This document shows, piece after piece, positions 51,601-63,656 of a stretch of 64,000 nt of DNA. The number at the start of each line of letters is the position of its first letter. Positions within the stretch are counted from its first letter, which is position 1. The stretch is taken from contig NIVC01001805.1 in the NCBI GenBank assembly GCA_002269645.1, forward strand, positions 62,001 to 126,000, read 5' to 3'. The DNA comes from Macrostomum lignano (lineage: Eukaryota). A program made the position numbers and the translations under genes. Under the pieces are notes generated by a model. That model searched no databases and had not been told where the DNA came from. It worked only from the letters and a program-made list of their open reading frames with translations.

Positions 51601-52215
51601 CGAATCTCCAGTCCATGATGGATAATTCCCCAATCGAGTATCCAGTCCATGATGGATAATTCCCCAACGGAGTCTTCGGCTCGTGATGAATAATTCCCCA
51701 ATCGAGTCTCCAGCTCATAATGAATAATTCCCCAATCGAGTATCCAGTCCATGATGAATAATTCCCCAACCGAGTCTCCAGCCGAGTCTTGATGGATAAT
51801 TCCCCAATCGAGTCTCCAGCTCATGATGGATAATTCCCCAATCGAGTCTCCAGCTCATGATGGATAATTCCCTAACCGAGTCTCCAGCTTATCATGGATA
51901 ATTCCCTGATCGAGTCTCCAGCTCATGGTGGATAATTCCCCAATCGAGTCTCCAGCTTATCATGGATAATTCCCTGATCGAGTCTCCAGCTCATGGTGGA
52001 TAATTCCCCAATCGAATCTCCAGTCCATGATGGATAATTCCCCAATCGAGTATCCAGTCCATGATGGATAATTCCCCAACGGAGTCTTCGGCTCGTGATG
52101 AATAATTCCCCAATCGAGTCTCCAGCTCATAATGAATAATTCCCCAATCGAGTATCCAGTCCATGATGAATAATTCCCCAACCGAGTCTCCAGCTCATGA
52201 TGGATAATTCCCCGA
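48620..52215. repeat. ~33-34-bp minisatellite (GAGTCTCCAGCTCATGATGGATAATTCCCCAATC) with a 1576-bp higher-order duplication
   Basis: Direct observation; identical ORF translations offset by 1576 bp. Confidence 0.93.
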
Positions 52216-52799
52216 GACATTAAAGGAACAAAATTAAGGGATATGCTTATCAAGTTGAACTCCGCACTGTTTCACCTGTCAATTTACATTGATTTCCTAC
52301 TGGCACTCGGATTTCCCAGTGCTGTATTGTTTCTAGATGAACTCTATTGTTTAATTGCTTTATTGAACGCAAAGGCGATCTTATTGGAGCGGCAAGAGTT
52401 CGGATGGTGCTTAATGGCTTTAATGTATGTTAATTGTTAAATTTCAAATTACTGTTCTTGGCATTGTTTCATTGCTTACCTGTATTCAGCTTAGCAACAG
52501 AGCATCTGTAGCGGGTTTTAGTCTTAATATTAATGTAGCTTGTAGATGCCGCAAAATATGATTCTGCGATAAAACATTTTAATTGAATTGTTGAAAATGA
52601 TTTTTTGAATGATTTTGTTTGAATCGTTGAATGCTCGCCAGCCAATGACACCTTTCTGCCCAGTGTAATTAGTTAAACTTGCTTGATTCCATCATCTGCT
52701 TTTTATTTTTTGTCTATCAATTTGTGCTTCACAATACTTCTTTTTTGAGAATCTTTACTCACCTCATAGATAGGGTGTTCTCTACTAGATCAGCTGAGA

Positions 52800-53548
52800 T
52801 GTAATTCCCCCAGCAGTCCCCAATCCCAGTCCCACCAATGGATAATTCCCCCAGCAGTCCCCAATCCCAGTAATGGATAATTCCCCCAGCAGTCCCCAAT
52901 CCCAGCAATGGATAATTCCCTCAGCAGTCCCCAATCTCAGCAATGGATAATTCCCCCAGCAGTCCCCAATCCCAGTAATGGATGATTCCCCCAGCTGTCC
53001 CCAATCTCAGCAATGGATAATTCCCCCAGCAGTCCCCAATCTCAGCAATGGATAATTGCCCCAGCAGTCCCCAATCTCAGCAATGGATAATTCCCCCAGC
53101 AGTCCCCAATCTCAGCAATGGATAATTGCCCCAGCAGTCCCCAATCCCAGCAATGGATAATTCCCCCAGCAGTCCAATCCCAGCAATGGATAATTCCCCC
53201 AGCAGTCCCCAATCTCAGCAATGGATAATTCCCCCAGCAGTCCCCAATCTCAGCAATGGATAATTCCCCCAGCTGTCCCCAATCACAGCAATGGATAATT
53301 CCCCCAGCAGTCCAATCCCAGCAATGGATAATTCCCCCAGCAGTCCCCAATCTCAGCAATGGATAATTGCCCCAGCAGTCCCCAATCCCAGCAATGGATA
53401 ATTCCCCCAGCAGTCCAATCCCAGCAATGGATAATTCCCCCAGCAGTCCCCAATCTCAGCAATGGATAATTCCCCCAGCAGTCCCCAATCTCAGCAATGG
53501 ATAATTCCCCCAGCAGTCCCCAATCACAGCAATGGATAATTCCCCCGG
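52800..53548. repeat. ~33-35-bp minisatellite (GGATAATTCCCCCAGCAGTCCCCAATCTCAGCAAT) directly upstream of KIF4
   Basis: Direct observation. Confidence 0.92.
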
Positions 53549-53572
53549 CGAACGCCCCCCACTGCAGCGCGC

Positions 53573-56500
53573 ATGGGCGAAACTGTCCGAGTGGCCGTCC
53601 GCGCCCGTCCGCTGGTGCCCCGCGAGCTGGAGGACGGCTCCCAAGCCTGCCTGCGCTTCGCCCCTGGCCAGCCGCAGGTGAGCTTAGGCGACAAATCATT
53701 CACCTTTGACTACGTGTTCGCGCCGCTGTGCCGGCAGAGCGCCGTGTACGATCAGTGCGTCAGCCCGCTGCTGGACAGCGTGTTCAGGGGCATCAACGCC
53801 ACGGTGCTGGCCTACGGACAGACTGGCAGCGGAAAGACCTACACTATGGGCACTTTCTCTGCTGAGATGGGCGACTGCACTGAGGAACAGGTGGGCGATG
53901 TGTTTCCTTGCACTCTTGCATTTGTAGGCTAAAGTTTTAAAGCATATAAAATTTTCGATGCTGCCAAACATTGACAATACGCTCGTAGTCGCTGAAGTTT
54001 TAGATAAGCTTGTAGTTTGAGGCTCTAACTTTAGTAATATATAATGGGCAGATGTGGAACCAACAGCTCAGCCGCAGCCATTGCGCTTCGCATCTGAAGG
54101 CTGCGTACGAGTGTTCAGTCCAAGGACTGGGGTGGGGGGGGAGCGGGGGTCGACGCACACACCCTCAATTACCCCAGCTAATGCTGGCAGCCATTTCACA
54201 GCTGGGTGAACTGAAGCAATGCAGGGTTAAGTGTCTTGCTTAAGGACACAAATTTTTACAAGTGGGTCGAGAATCGAACCCCCGACCTTTCCGTCTTAGG
54301 TTCGACGCTCTAACCACTAGGCTACAACCTTATTTTGCTTTTCTCTCCTATAGTTGAAATTTAACCAGACTGCCAAGCTGTATAAAGTACAAATAATTGA
54401 GAAGAAATCCCTCTGTTCTAAAAATAACAACTGGGAAATCCCCCGGTATAGTCCTACCGCTAAAGGGAGCATTCCCGCCGCCAACCGCAGCTCGGCATCA
54501 TCCCCCGCGTCATCACCGACCTGTTTGACGGCATCGCCCAGCGGCCGCAGTACGAATCCCGAGTCAGCGTCTCATTCCTTGAGATCTACAACGAGCTGAT
54601 CCGGGATTTGCTTAATCCGCACAGCGGCGAACCGCTGGGCATCCGCGAGGAGCCGGGCCGGGGCATCTACATCCAGGGCCTCACGGAGCAGGAGGTCGTG
54701 TCCGCCCAGCAGATCAGCCGCTGTCTGGCTGATGGCGCAGACAGTCGGGTAGTTGGCCAGACTGCTATGAATGAGCGGTGAGTAGCATTTGAGACTGGCT
54801 GCCGCTTGTACTATTGTAGTCATGGAGACCGCTATATTGGTTATACATTCTAGCACCTCTAAGTCCGTACCACATCTATAGTGAGTCATAAATCCCGCCA
54901 TGAAACTGTCATGAACCCTGTATATGAAACCCGTCATTCAGCCAGTCATGGACCCATCACTAAGACAGGCACAGACCCCATCACTAACACAAGCACAGAC
55001 CCCATCACTGAGACAGGCACAGACCCCATCACTAACACAAGCACAGACCCCATCACTAACACAGGCACAGACCCCATCACTAATACAGGCACAGACCCCA
55101 TCACTAACACAGGCACAGACCCCATCACTAATACAGGCACAGACCCCATCATTAACACAGGCACAGACCCCATCACTAACACAGGCACAGACCCCATCAC
55201 TAACACAGTCACAGACCCCATCACTAACACAGGCACAGACCCCATCACTAACACAGGCACAGACCCCATCACTAACACAGGCACAGACCCCATCACTAAG
55301 ACAGGCACGGACCCCATCACTAACACAGGCACAGACCCCATCACTAACACAGGCACGGACCCCATCACTAACACAGGCACAGACCCCATCACTAACACAG
55401 GCACAGACCCCATCACTAAGACAGGCACAGACCCCATCACTAACACAGGCACAGACCCCATCACTAACACAGGCACAGACCCCATCACTAACACAGACAC
55501 AGACCCCATCACTAACACAGGCACAGACCCCATCACTAACACAAGCACAGACCCCATCACTAACACAGGCACAGACCCCATCACTAACACAGGCACAGAC
55601 CCCATCACTAACACAGGCACAGACCCCATCACTAACACAGACACAGACCCCATCACTAACACAGGCACAGACCCCATCACTAACACAGGCACAGACCCCA
55701 TCACTAACACAGGCACAGACCCCATCACTAACACAGACACAGACCCCATCACTAACACAGGCACAGACCCCATCACTAACACAGACACAGACCCCATCAC
55801 TAACACAGGCACAGACCCCATCACTAACACAAGCACAGACCCCATCACTAACACAGGCATGGGTCATATCGCTAACACGGTCATGGATGAAAGACAGTGA
55901 CAGTAGGAAGCCCTTAACGAATCCGCAGGTCCAGCCGCAGCCACGCCATCTTCACGGTGCACCTGAGCATGCAGCACCGGGACGTGCCCGAAGACGCGCT
56001 GTCAGCCAAATTTCACCTGGTGGACCTGGCCGGCTCGGAGCGGGCCAAGAAGACCCAGGCGGAGGGCGAGCGATTCCGCGAGGGCATCAACATCAACATG
56101 GGCCTGTCCTGCCTGGGCAATGTCATCAGCGCCCTGTGCAGGCACAGCTCGCACGTGCCCTACAGAGACTCCAAGCTGACCCGCCTGCTGCAGGACTCGC
56201 TGGGCGGCAACAGTCGGACTCTCATGATCGCCTGCGTCAGCCCGGCCGACACCAACTTTGAGGAGACGCTGAACACGCTGCGCTACGCTGACAGGGCCAG
56301 GCAGATTAAGAATAAGCCCGTGGTTAACCGGGACCCGCAGCAGGCCGAGATACTCAGGCTGAGGGAGACTGTGCGGCTGTTGAAGTCCAGGCTTAACCAG
56401 GACGAGGTGGCTGAGGTGAGGACTTGCTGCTGTACACCTGGCTTTAAAGTGTCTGAGCCAGCTGAGTATCTCAGGGGTTGAAGGCCTCAACTGAGTATTT

Positions 56501-59500
56501 CAGGAGTTGAAGGCCTCAGCTGAGTATTTCAGGGATTGAAGGCCTCAGCTGAGTATCTCAGGAGTTGAAAGAATCAGCTGAGTATCTCAGGAGTTGAAAG
56601 CATCAGCTGATTATATCAGGAGTTGAAGGCCTCAACTGAGTATTTTAGGAGTTGAAAGCCTCAGCTGAGTATCTCAGGAGTTGAAAGAATCAGCTGAGTA
56701 TCTCAGGAGTTGAAAGCATCAGCTGATTATCTCAGGAGTTGAAGGCCTCAACTGAGTATTTTAGGAGTTGAAAGCCTCAGCTGAGTATCTCAGGAGTTGA
56801 AAGAATCAGCTGAGTATCTCGGGAGTTGAAAGCATCAGCTGATTATCTCAGGAGTTGAAGGCCTCAACTGAGTATTTTAGGAGTTGAAAGCCTCAGCTGA
56901 GTATCTCAGGAGTTGAAGGCCTCAGCTGAGTATCTCAGGAGTTGAAGGCCTCAGCTGAGTATCTCAGGGATTGAAGGCCTCAGCTGAGTATCTCAGGGAT
57001 TGAAGGCCTCAGCTGAGTATCTCAGGGATTGAAGGCCTCAGCTGAGTATCTCAGGAATTATAGGCCTCTGGCCTCAGCTGAGGTGACGGAAGCAAGCTGG
57101 GTAGCTGAGGCAGTGGGTATTTTATGATCCATTCGAATCCGCAGATCGAGCAGCAGGTGAGCGCAGAAACTCTACTCGGCGGCCCCGAGGCGGCTGCCGG
57201 TGCCGGCACCGCGCTGCCAGCCACCCTCAGCTCCGTTAAATGCTCGGTGTGCGCCTCAGGCAGCGTGGTCTCCGCGGCCGAGTACCAGAAGGTCTGCGAC
57301 CGCTGTCGCCAGCTGTCTTCCGAGAACAAAGACCTGACAGAGCAGGCCGGCAAGGCGGTGGACCAGGCCACGCAGCTGTACATGTCCATGACGGTGCTGG
57401 AGCACGTGCAGGACGTGATGCTGAGCCGATTGGAGAAGTGGAAGGCCCAGCTGGCCGCCCTGAGCGGCTCCTGCGATCAGCTGGCGCTGAAATATGTCCA
57501 GCGGATGGTGCAGACGGTGCTGACTGCCGCTGCGGTGTCCGCAACAGCCGGTGTCGACGCAGCATCCTGCTCAACCAACGCTTCGGCTCCGACCGCTGCT
57601 GTCGCCATGGAATGCGACGAGGTGAGCAGAGCGTGCCGCTCACTTGACCCACTCCGATATCCAAGTGCAGCTCACCTGACCCACCACGATATCCAAGTGC
57701 AGCTCACCTGACCCACCACGATATCCAATTGCAGCTCACCTGACCCACCACGATATCCAAGTGCAGCTCACCTGACCCACTCCGATATCCAAGTGCCGCT
57801 CACCTGACCCACCACGATATCCAAGTGCCGCTCACCTGACCGACTCCGATATCCAAGTGCCGCTCACCTGACCCACCACGATATCCAAGTGCCGCTCACC
57901 TGACCCACTCCGATATCCAAGTGCCGCTCACCTGACCCACTCCGATATCCAAGTGCCGCTTACCTGACCCACTCCGATATCCAATTGCCGCTTACCTGAC
58001 CCACTCCGATATCCAAGTGCCGCTCACCTGACCCACTCCGATATCCAAGTGCCGCTCACCTGACCCACTCCGATATCCAAGTGCCGCTTACCTGACCCAC
58101 TCCGATATCCAAGTGCCGCTTACCTGACCCACTCTGATATCCAAGTGCCGCTCACCTGACTGGCTCACTTGTCACACCTACTCAATCCACTGCCCTACGC
58201 TCCAGAACGGGGCCCACACCAGCGGTGCAGCCTCCGACTCCGAGGAAGCTGATGACGATGATGACGAGGAGGACGACGAAGACGAAGACGAAGTAGAGGA
58301 GGAGCTGCTGCGCGACCCGCTGCTGAACGAGAAGAAGATCCGCTTCAACCAGGAGATGGAGCGGCTCAAGTCTCAGATGTCGGACACGATGAACGCCATC
58401 GCCAGGCTGTCGCACAATCCGCGCCAGGACGAGGCCCGCTACGAGGCGCAGATCAAGGAGCTGGAGGAGCGAATCAACAAGCTGGAGGCCGAGCGGACGG
58501 AGCTGCTCAGGCAGGCCAACGACGCCCGGCAGGCTGAGGTGCGGAAGGCAAAGCTGCGCGAGCTCGAGGCCAAGCTGGCCGACGCCAGGCGGGAGCTGAC
58601 CGACTACAACAGGATGAAGCGGGAGAAGGAGAAGCGGGACCTGGAGATGGGCCGGCTGAAGGAGGATATGCAGAAACTGAAGCAGACTCAGGTGAGAGAG
58701 ACTCTTTGTGATTATTTTTGGCGTGAGATGAGGAGCGATTCTGATGTGCAATTATGAAGTGATGAGATATTGACCTGTCAGTCTAAAGTGCTGGGTGAGA
58801 TTTTGATAGGTCATTCTGTAGGCTAGGGTGAGATTTTGATGTGTCATTCTGTAGGATAGGGTGAGATTTTGATACGTCATTCTGTAGCATATGGTGAGAT
58901 TTTGATGAGTCATTCTGTAGTGATGGGTGAGATTTTGATACGTCATTCTGTAGGATAGGGTGAGATTTTGATGCGTCATTCTGTAGGATAGGGTGAGATT
59001 TTGATGCGTCATTCTGTAGTGGTGGGTGAGATTTTGATGCGTCATTCTGTAGGATAGGGTGAGATTTTGATACGTCATTCCGTAGGATAGGGTGAGATTT
59101 TAATGTGTCATTCTGTAGGATAGGGTGAGATTTTGATGCGTCATTCTGTAGGATAGGGTGAGATTTTGATGCGTCATTCTGTTGTGGTGGGTGAGATTTT
59201 GATGCGTCATTCTGTAGGATAGCATGAGATTTTGATACGTCATTCCGTAGGATAGGGTGAGATTTTAATGTGTCATTCTGTAGGATAGGGTGAGATTTTA
59301 ATGTGTCATTCTGTAGGATAGGGTGAGATTTTAATGTGTCATTCTGTAGGATAGCTGCAGGGCGGTCCGAAGACGCAGCGGGGAGGCGAGCGTCGCCCAT
59401 TCCGATATTCTGTAGGATAGGGTGAGATTTTAATGCGTCATTCTGTAGGATAGGGTGAGATTTTAATGTGTCATTCTGTAGGATAGGGTGAGATTTTGAT

Positions 59501-62007
59501 GCGTCATGCTGCTTAGGGGTAAAATGTGGATGTCGCTCTACTAGTTGTGAAGGGAGCCTTGGTGCAAAGTAGTTAGCATACTTGCCCGCTATCCGTGATG
59601 ACAGAAGCGATATTTAAAGGGCCGCAGCTGCGCCGCTCGCCGATCTCCGCGCTGTCCCCCCTTCGGGGTTGAGCGGCATTGGAGTCTGATGATGCGGCCG
59701 CTGGAGCTCTGGTGAAATTTTTAACTATGATACAGCTTTGTCTGAAACTCAAAGCTTTCTGTAGCAATTTTTATGTGCCTAAAGCCAGCTAACCTGTGAC
59801 TTATCAGCTAAGTCTCTCACCTGTCCGCAGGTGCGCCTGGTCAAGCAGATGCACGCCGACTCCATGGAGAACCGTCGGCGCCACCTGCAGAAGGACGCCC
59901 AGCTGCGCCAGCAGCAGGCCTCGCTGCGCCGCAAAGACGCCGAAACCGTCAGGATGCGTCAGCAGTACGAGAAACAGCTGGCAGTTGCTAAGCGACGCGG
60001 CGACGAGATGAGCAAACACCTACGCACTCAGCGGCAGCGGGAGCAGCAGCTAGCGGTTGAGCGGCTGGCCGGCAGCTCGGCTTCTGGCGGCACTGGGAGC
60101 AGCTGCGAACTGGTTCAGGTGAGACTGACTCTGGCTGTCTGGTGCATGCTGACTCGCCTTCCTCTCAAGTCTCGTGTGAGAGTCGCCCATCAGTCTATCA
60201 GATTCGCCTTCCTCTCGATTCTCCCATGAGAGTCGCCCATCAATCTATAAGATTCGCCTTCCTCTCCAGTCTCCCATGAGAGTCGCCCATCAATCTATAA
60301 GATTCGCCTTCCTCTCAAGTCTCCCGTGAGAGTCGCCCATCAGTCTATCAGCCATTTGCCTTCCTCTCCTCGCTACTCGTAGGCAATCTTTTCTAGTCTC
60401 CAGCCACCACCAATTTGACCTGCGCTCGCCTTGCAGGGCCGCCTGGCCGCTCTGCTAGCCGACGAGATGGAAGGCGCCGTGGCCTCGGCCGACATGCGCC
60501 GCCACCTGGAGCTGCGCATGGAGGAGCGGCGCAAGGCCACGGCCGCCGGCAACCAGGCCGCAGTGGACGCCCTGAACGAGCAGATCAGCCAGCTGCAGTC
60601 CATGATCTCTGCTGCCCCGGCTCCGGACTCCTCTGAGCACCGGAGTCGCTTGGCTACCAGCGTCAAGTCTTTGACTGAGGCTCGGCTTCTACTTAGCGAA
60701 GTGTTTCAGCGAGCCGTGGAGGCCCGGGTGGCAACGAATGCGGCAGAGTCCGGGCTCAAGGAGGTGCGGGATGAGCTGGAGCAGGTTCAGGCCAAGGTCA
60801 CCGTTCTGGAGAAGAGGGTAAGTGTGTATATTGTACATGTATTGCTGCTGAAACATTGCTCAGTTCCGGGCTGGAAGAATGTAGCTCAGTTCCGGGCTGG
60901 AAGAATGTAGTTCAGTTCCATGATGGAAGAATGTAGCTCAGTTCCGGGCTGGAAGAATGTAGCTAAGTTCCGGGCTGGAATAATGTGGCTCAGTTCCGGG
61001 CTGGAAGAATGTAGCTCAGTTCCGGGCTGGAAGAATGTGGCTCAGTTCCAGCTTGGAGAAAACTGCAGTCAGTTCAGTTCCACGCTAGAAGGCGGCTGAG
61101 TCATTGAACTCACGAAAACATTTTGCAGAAAAACCGCGAAAGCTTCGGCGTCGCCGGCCTGGCTTCGGCAGCGGCGGAGAAGCTCAACGCCTCGCTGGGA
61201 GGCGGCAACACCAGTGCGCTCGGCGGCGGCCAGCGTCAGTCGAAGCGCCGTCGGGAGTCGCGACTGTCCTGCCGAGTGGAGCTGCTGGACACCTTCCAGC
61301 TCATGGCCGAGGAGCGGCTGCCCAGCTTTGACGAGACGCCCGAGGTGGAGGCCGAGCTCAGTAAGCCGAACGCCGTCCTGAAGACGCCGCCGCCCGCAAT
61401 ACCGGAAGCGAAGCCGGAAGCCGATGGCGCGAAGGCGGACCAGCCGGAAGGAGAGGACGGCGGCCTGAATGCCACGCTGAATGCGCTTCAGGCCTCGCTG
61501 CAGCAGTCAGCAAGGCGGATCCGGGAGCGGGGCCGGAGCAACTTTCCCCAGCTGCAGGCCCAGCTGCGTCCAGCCGAGCCCGCGTCTTCGTCAGGCAACG
61601 GCAGGCTAAGCGACGCCAGTGCCGGCAGCAGCCGCGGCTGCAAGTGCCGCTCGGATTGCAGCACGTCGCGATGCGGCTGCCGGCGCAGCGGCAGCGACTG
61701 CGGCCAGCTGTGCAAGTGCGCCATCGGCCAGTGCGTCAACGCCACGACTGGCTCCGCCGCCGCCGCCGCCGGCAATGCGACTTTCTGCCTGGAGTCGGAC
61801 AGCAGCGAGGAAGTCGCGGCCGGGGAGGGCAAGGAGAACACGGCAGAACCGGCCACGGCGGCGGCGGCGGACAAATCAAAGCGAGCCGCGCCGTCGGACG
61901 TCAGCGAGAAGCTGAACGCAACATTCGACTTGCCGTCGACTTCGGCGGGCTCCACCGCTGCCGCCGAGTATCGCAAACGACAAAAACTGGGGGGGGGGCA
62001 GCTGTAA
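53573..62007 (+). CDS. KIF4: Kinesin-4 family chromokinesin, ~1200 aa; exons 53573-53890, 54491-54777, 55929-56415, 57145-57621, 58206-58691, 59831-60118, 60437-60817, 61129-62007
   Basis: [10 protein letters not shown]-loop [61 protein letters not shown], coiled-coil stalk, C-terminal Cys-rich [14 protein letters not shown]...C..LCKC domain; all introns GT-AG with consistent phase. Confidence 0.92.
54035..54329 (-). mobile_element. tRNA-derived SINE in KIF4 intron 1 (antisense), with V/Meta-like central domain
   Basis: A box TAGCCTAGTGG (54314-54324), B box GGTTCGATTC (54271-54280), then GTGTCCTTAAGCAAGACACTTAACCC...CACCCAGCTGTGAAATGG. Confidence 0.8.
54950..55860. repeat. 24-bp minisatellite (ACAGGCACAGACCCCATCACTAAC) in KIF4 intron 2
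   Basis: Direct observation. Confidence 0.95.
56450..57060. repeat. ~29-bp minisatellite (CTCAGCTGAGTATCTCAGGAGTTGAAGGC) in KIF4 intron 3
   Basis: Direct observation. Confidence 0.92.
57635..58160. repeat. 32-bp minisatellite (GCTCACCTGACCCACTCCGATATCCAAGTGCC) in KIF4 intron 4
   Basis: Direct observation. Confidence 0.92.
58760..59505. repeat. 33-bp minisatellite (GTGAGATTTTGATGCGTCATTCTGTAGGATAGG) in KIF4 intron 5, interrupted by a unique ~50-bp GC-rich insert
   Basis: Direct observation. Confidence 0.9.
60140..60370. repeat. ~50-bp minisatellite in KIF4 intron 6
   Basis: GAGAGTCGCCCATCAATCTATAAGATTCGCCTTCCTCTC... units. Confidence 0.8.
60865..61055. repeat. 26-bp minisatellite (GCTCAGTTCCGGGCTGGAAGAATGTA) in KIF4 intron 7
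   Basis: Direct observation. Confidence 0.88.
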
Positions 62008-62094
62008 GGATGTCAGCAAGTAAATTTGGTGCCTCGGTTTCTAGGAATTCATAATTGAGTCCAAGTTTTAACCCGTTTATCTCCATTCAAAATG

Positions 62095-62716
62095 GAATGC
62101 CCCTCGATTCACCCCACTAGAATGCCACCCATTCACACTAGAAAGCCACTCCATTCACGCGCGAGTACGACTTCATTCACGCTAGAATATACCACTCCAT
62201 TCACGCTAGAGTATCACTTCATTCACGCTAGAATACCACTCCCTTCACGCTAGAATACCACTCCGTTCACGCTAGAATATACCACTCAATTCACGCTAGA
62301 AAGCCACTCCATTCACGCTAGAATACCACTCAATTCACGCGAGAATACCACTCCGTTCACGCTAGAATACCACTCCATTCACGCTAGAATACCACTCCAT
62401 TCACGCTGGAATACCACTCCGTTCACGCTAGAATACCACTCCATTTACGCTAGAATACCACTCCGTTCACGCTAGAATACCACCCCATTCACGCTAGAGT
62501 ACCACTTCATTCACGCTAGAGTACCACTCCATTCACGCTAGAAAGTCACCCCATTCACGCTAGAAAGCCACTCCATTCACGCTAGAAAGCCACTCCATTC
62601 ACGCTAGAAAGCCACTCCATTCACGCTAGAAAGCCACTCCATTCACGCTAGAAAGCCACTCCATTCACGCTAGAAAGCCACTCTATTCACGCTAGAAAGC
62701 CACTCTATTCACGCTG
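62095..62716. repeat. ~23-25-bp minisatellite (CCACTCCATTCACGCTAGAATA) downstream of KIF4
   Basis: Direct observation. Confidence 0.9.
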
Positions 62717-63420
62717 TAATGTATTGCCATCACTTAGCAAAATCTTTTGTAGTGCGCTCCGTGCTGTGGCAATTTTTATTATTTGAACGTATATTAACTG
62801 ATGAGCAATTAAAAGCTTGCAATATTCATTTTACTATCACTAAAGTACAAAGTCAACATTTATCATCGCTGCTTTAATTGAAGCTGTCAAAGATTATTAT
62901 GCAATCTGTTTATTTTTGAACCAACTTCAACTTTCCTGCATTCTTCTAACTTTAATTTTCAGTACTTATATAAGCTGCTGAATTCTGCTCCCGGGTGCTT
63001 CAGTATTGCAAACTGATGTTTTTAGCCATCAGAATGTGCTCAGCGAATGCATTTGCCAATGCCACACCTATTCAACTGTTTTTAACTTACCTTTTTTCAC
63101 AATCCAATTTTTATTCCCCAGAAACGATCTGTTTCCCATCAGCTAATGCAATTTTCTGTCAAATTGTGTTTCTTTAAAATTCCGTCTAGGCTTAATATCA
63201 ACCGCTTTTGTGTACATTTTTATTTTATTGCTGTTATGCTTGTCACCAGTTGTCCGCTGATCAACCGTCTATCGCCGCCAGGTGCTGAAGGCTCACACTG
63301 AACCAACGGGTAGAATTTCAACAATATCATTGCTGCTCATTAAATTCTTCTTCAACAATGATACCCTGGTAAGCTTGTATTTATTAGCAAACTATAGTTT
63401 GTGTCTGGAGTTGATTTCTT

Positions 63421-63646
63421 TCAATTTGCTTTTCCAAATAATGATTTATGGCTAGCTGGGGCCGGACTCGAATGATGACGGAAGCGATACTTTGAGGAGC
63501 GAATCGGTTGCCGTGCTGGACTCGAGCTGCTGCTACCTGTCTGTGTGTTCAGCTTTTGAGTCCGGCTTGGCGACCGCCTCCGATGCGATGCATCCGGTGA
63601 TTGGCGGTGACCGCCCACTGGCGCACCGTCCTGACTGCCGGCTCCT
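63421..63646 (-). CDS. Possible terminal coding exon of a minus-strand gene extending beyond the window
   Basis: GC-rich segment, acceptor caatcctag at ~63647, one frame open to TGA at 63421 (Ser/Arg-rich), flanked by an intron-type minisatellite; no recognisable domain. Confidence 0.3.
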
Positions 63647-63656
63647 AGGATTGCGC

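Noticed and set aside
54881-55900. 339-aa TDPITNTG repeat ORF and overlapping frames
   Set aside because: 24-bp minisatellite in a KIF4 intron whose removal restores the motor motif MNER/SSRSH exactly
57145-57162. 12-nt microexon ending at the internal donor CAG|GTGAGC in KIF4 exon 4
   Set aside because: Nearby downstream acceptors (57220, 57230) would shift the frame; the full exon is open and phase-consistent
61630-61740. Cys-rich KIF4 tail as a novel domain
   Set aside because: Known conserved Cys-rich domain of kinesin-4 proteins
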